Assembly: GCA_038208905.1 (NCBI GenBank)
Contig: JBBQYG010000097.1
Location: 1-14,697 of the forward strand
Reading direction: 5' to 3'
DNA length: 14,697 nt
From: Candidatus Sumerlaeia bacterium
GTDB lineage: Bacteria > Sumerlaeota > Sumerlaeia > SLMS01
Below are positions 14,125 to 14,697 of the stretch, piece after piece. Every line of letters starts with the position of its first letter. Position 1 is the first letter of the stretch. Position numbers and translations under genes: made by a program. A model generated the notes under the pieces. That model saw nothing but the letters and a program-made list of their open reading frames with translations. It ran no database searches and was not told the DNA's origin.

Positions 14125-14697
14125 TCAGCGATCCACCTCGCCCATGACGGGATCCAGCGAGGCGATGATCGCCACGATGTCCGCCACGGTGGCGCCGATG
14201 CTCATCTTCTCGAGGGCGCCCAGGTTGATGAAGCTGGGGCTGCGGATGCCGAGGCGATACGCCTTGGGTCCGCCGTCGGCGACCATGAAGAAGCCGAGTT
14301 CGCCCTTGGGCGACTCGATCGCGCTGTAAACTTCGGCGGAGGGAACCTTGAAGCCCTCGGAGGCGAGGAGGAAGTGATGGATCAAATCCTCCATCGACTT
14401 CTTCACGTTTTCCTTGGGGGGGAAGATGATCTTGGGATTGTCGATATTGACGGGCTCGCTGGAGCACTTCTCCAGCTTCTCGAGCGCCTGGCAGGCGATC
14501 TTCCAAGCCTCCTTCATTTCCTTCATGCGGACGAAGTAGCGCGCGAGGCAGTCGCCCTTGGTCTCGATGGCGACCTCGAAGTCCATCTCCGGGTAGGCAA
14601 GATACGGGCAATCGCGGCGTATGTCGTAGTTCACGCCGCAGGCGCGGAGCGACGGCCCGGTAAGGCCATAGCTGACCGCGTCGGCGCCGCTGATCAC
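14125..14697 (-). CDS. nuoD: NADH-quinone oxidoreductase subunit D, C-terminal part (5'-truncated by window)
   Basis: GLTGPSLRACG..YDIR, GDCLARY..R..EM, SMEDLIHHF, IESPKGELG, RSPSFINL, ASLDPVMGEVDR C-terminus. Confidence 0.97.
   Translation of the reverse strand: MISGADAVSYGLTGPSLRACGVNYDIRRDCPYLAYPEMDFEVAIETKGDCLARYFVRMKEMKEAWKIACQALEKLEKCSSEPVNIDNPKIIFPPKENVKKSMEDLIHHFLLASEGFKVPSAEVYSAIESPKGELGFFMVADGGPKAYRLGIRSPSFINLGALEKMSIGATVADIVAIIASLDPVMGEVDR

Noticed and set aside
86..14611. Many long alternative-frame and antisense ORFs (e.g. 866-1750, 3830-4561, 6157-7062, 7862-8902, 10065-10961, 10735-11679, 13390-14112)
   Set aside because: They shadow well-supported genes, are Arg/Pro/Ala-rich without motifs, and are expected from stop-codon scarcity at high GC.

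Overview
High-GC bacterial chromosomal segment, densely coding; taxon cannot be assigned from sequence alone. Left to right: 3' end of a squalene/phytoene-synthase-like gene (+), a znuA-znuC-znuB metal ABC operon (-) divergent from a Fur/Zur regulator (+), a small orphan ORF, a btaA-btaB betaine-lipid (DGTS) pair, an NADPH-dependent FMN reductase and serB (+). A minus-strand run follows, in transcription order: nuoD(partial)-Uma2-nuoE-Uma2-nuoF-dinB-radical SAM-large membrane protein. Most notable: (1) two divergent Uma2-family nuclease genes, one at each junction of nuoD-E-F, one apparently decaying; (2) multi-block inverted repeats that bracket dinB and reach the radical SAM start codon; (3) an uncharacterised radical SAM/Twitch plus GT-C-like membrane protein pair; (4) a btaAB pair that looks closer to eukaryotic BTA1 than to the alphaproteobacterial enzymes; (5) a Fur-type box inside the regulator's own ORF. 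No rRNA, tRNA, CRISPR array or transposase was seen. All family calls come from motif recognition, not database searches.
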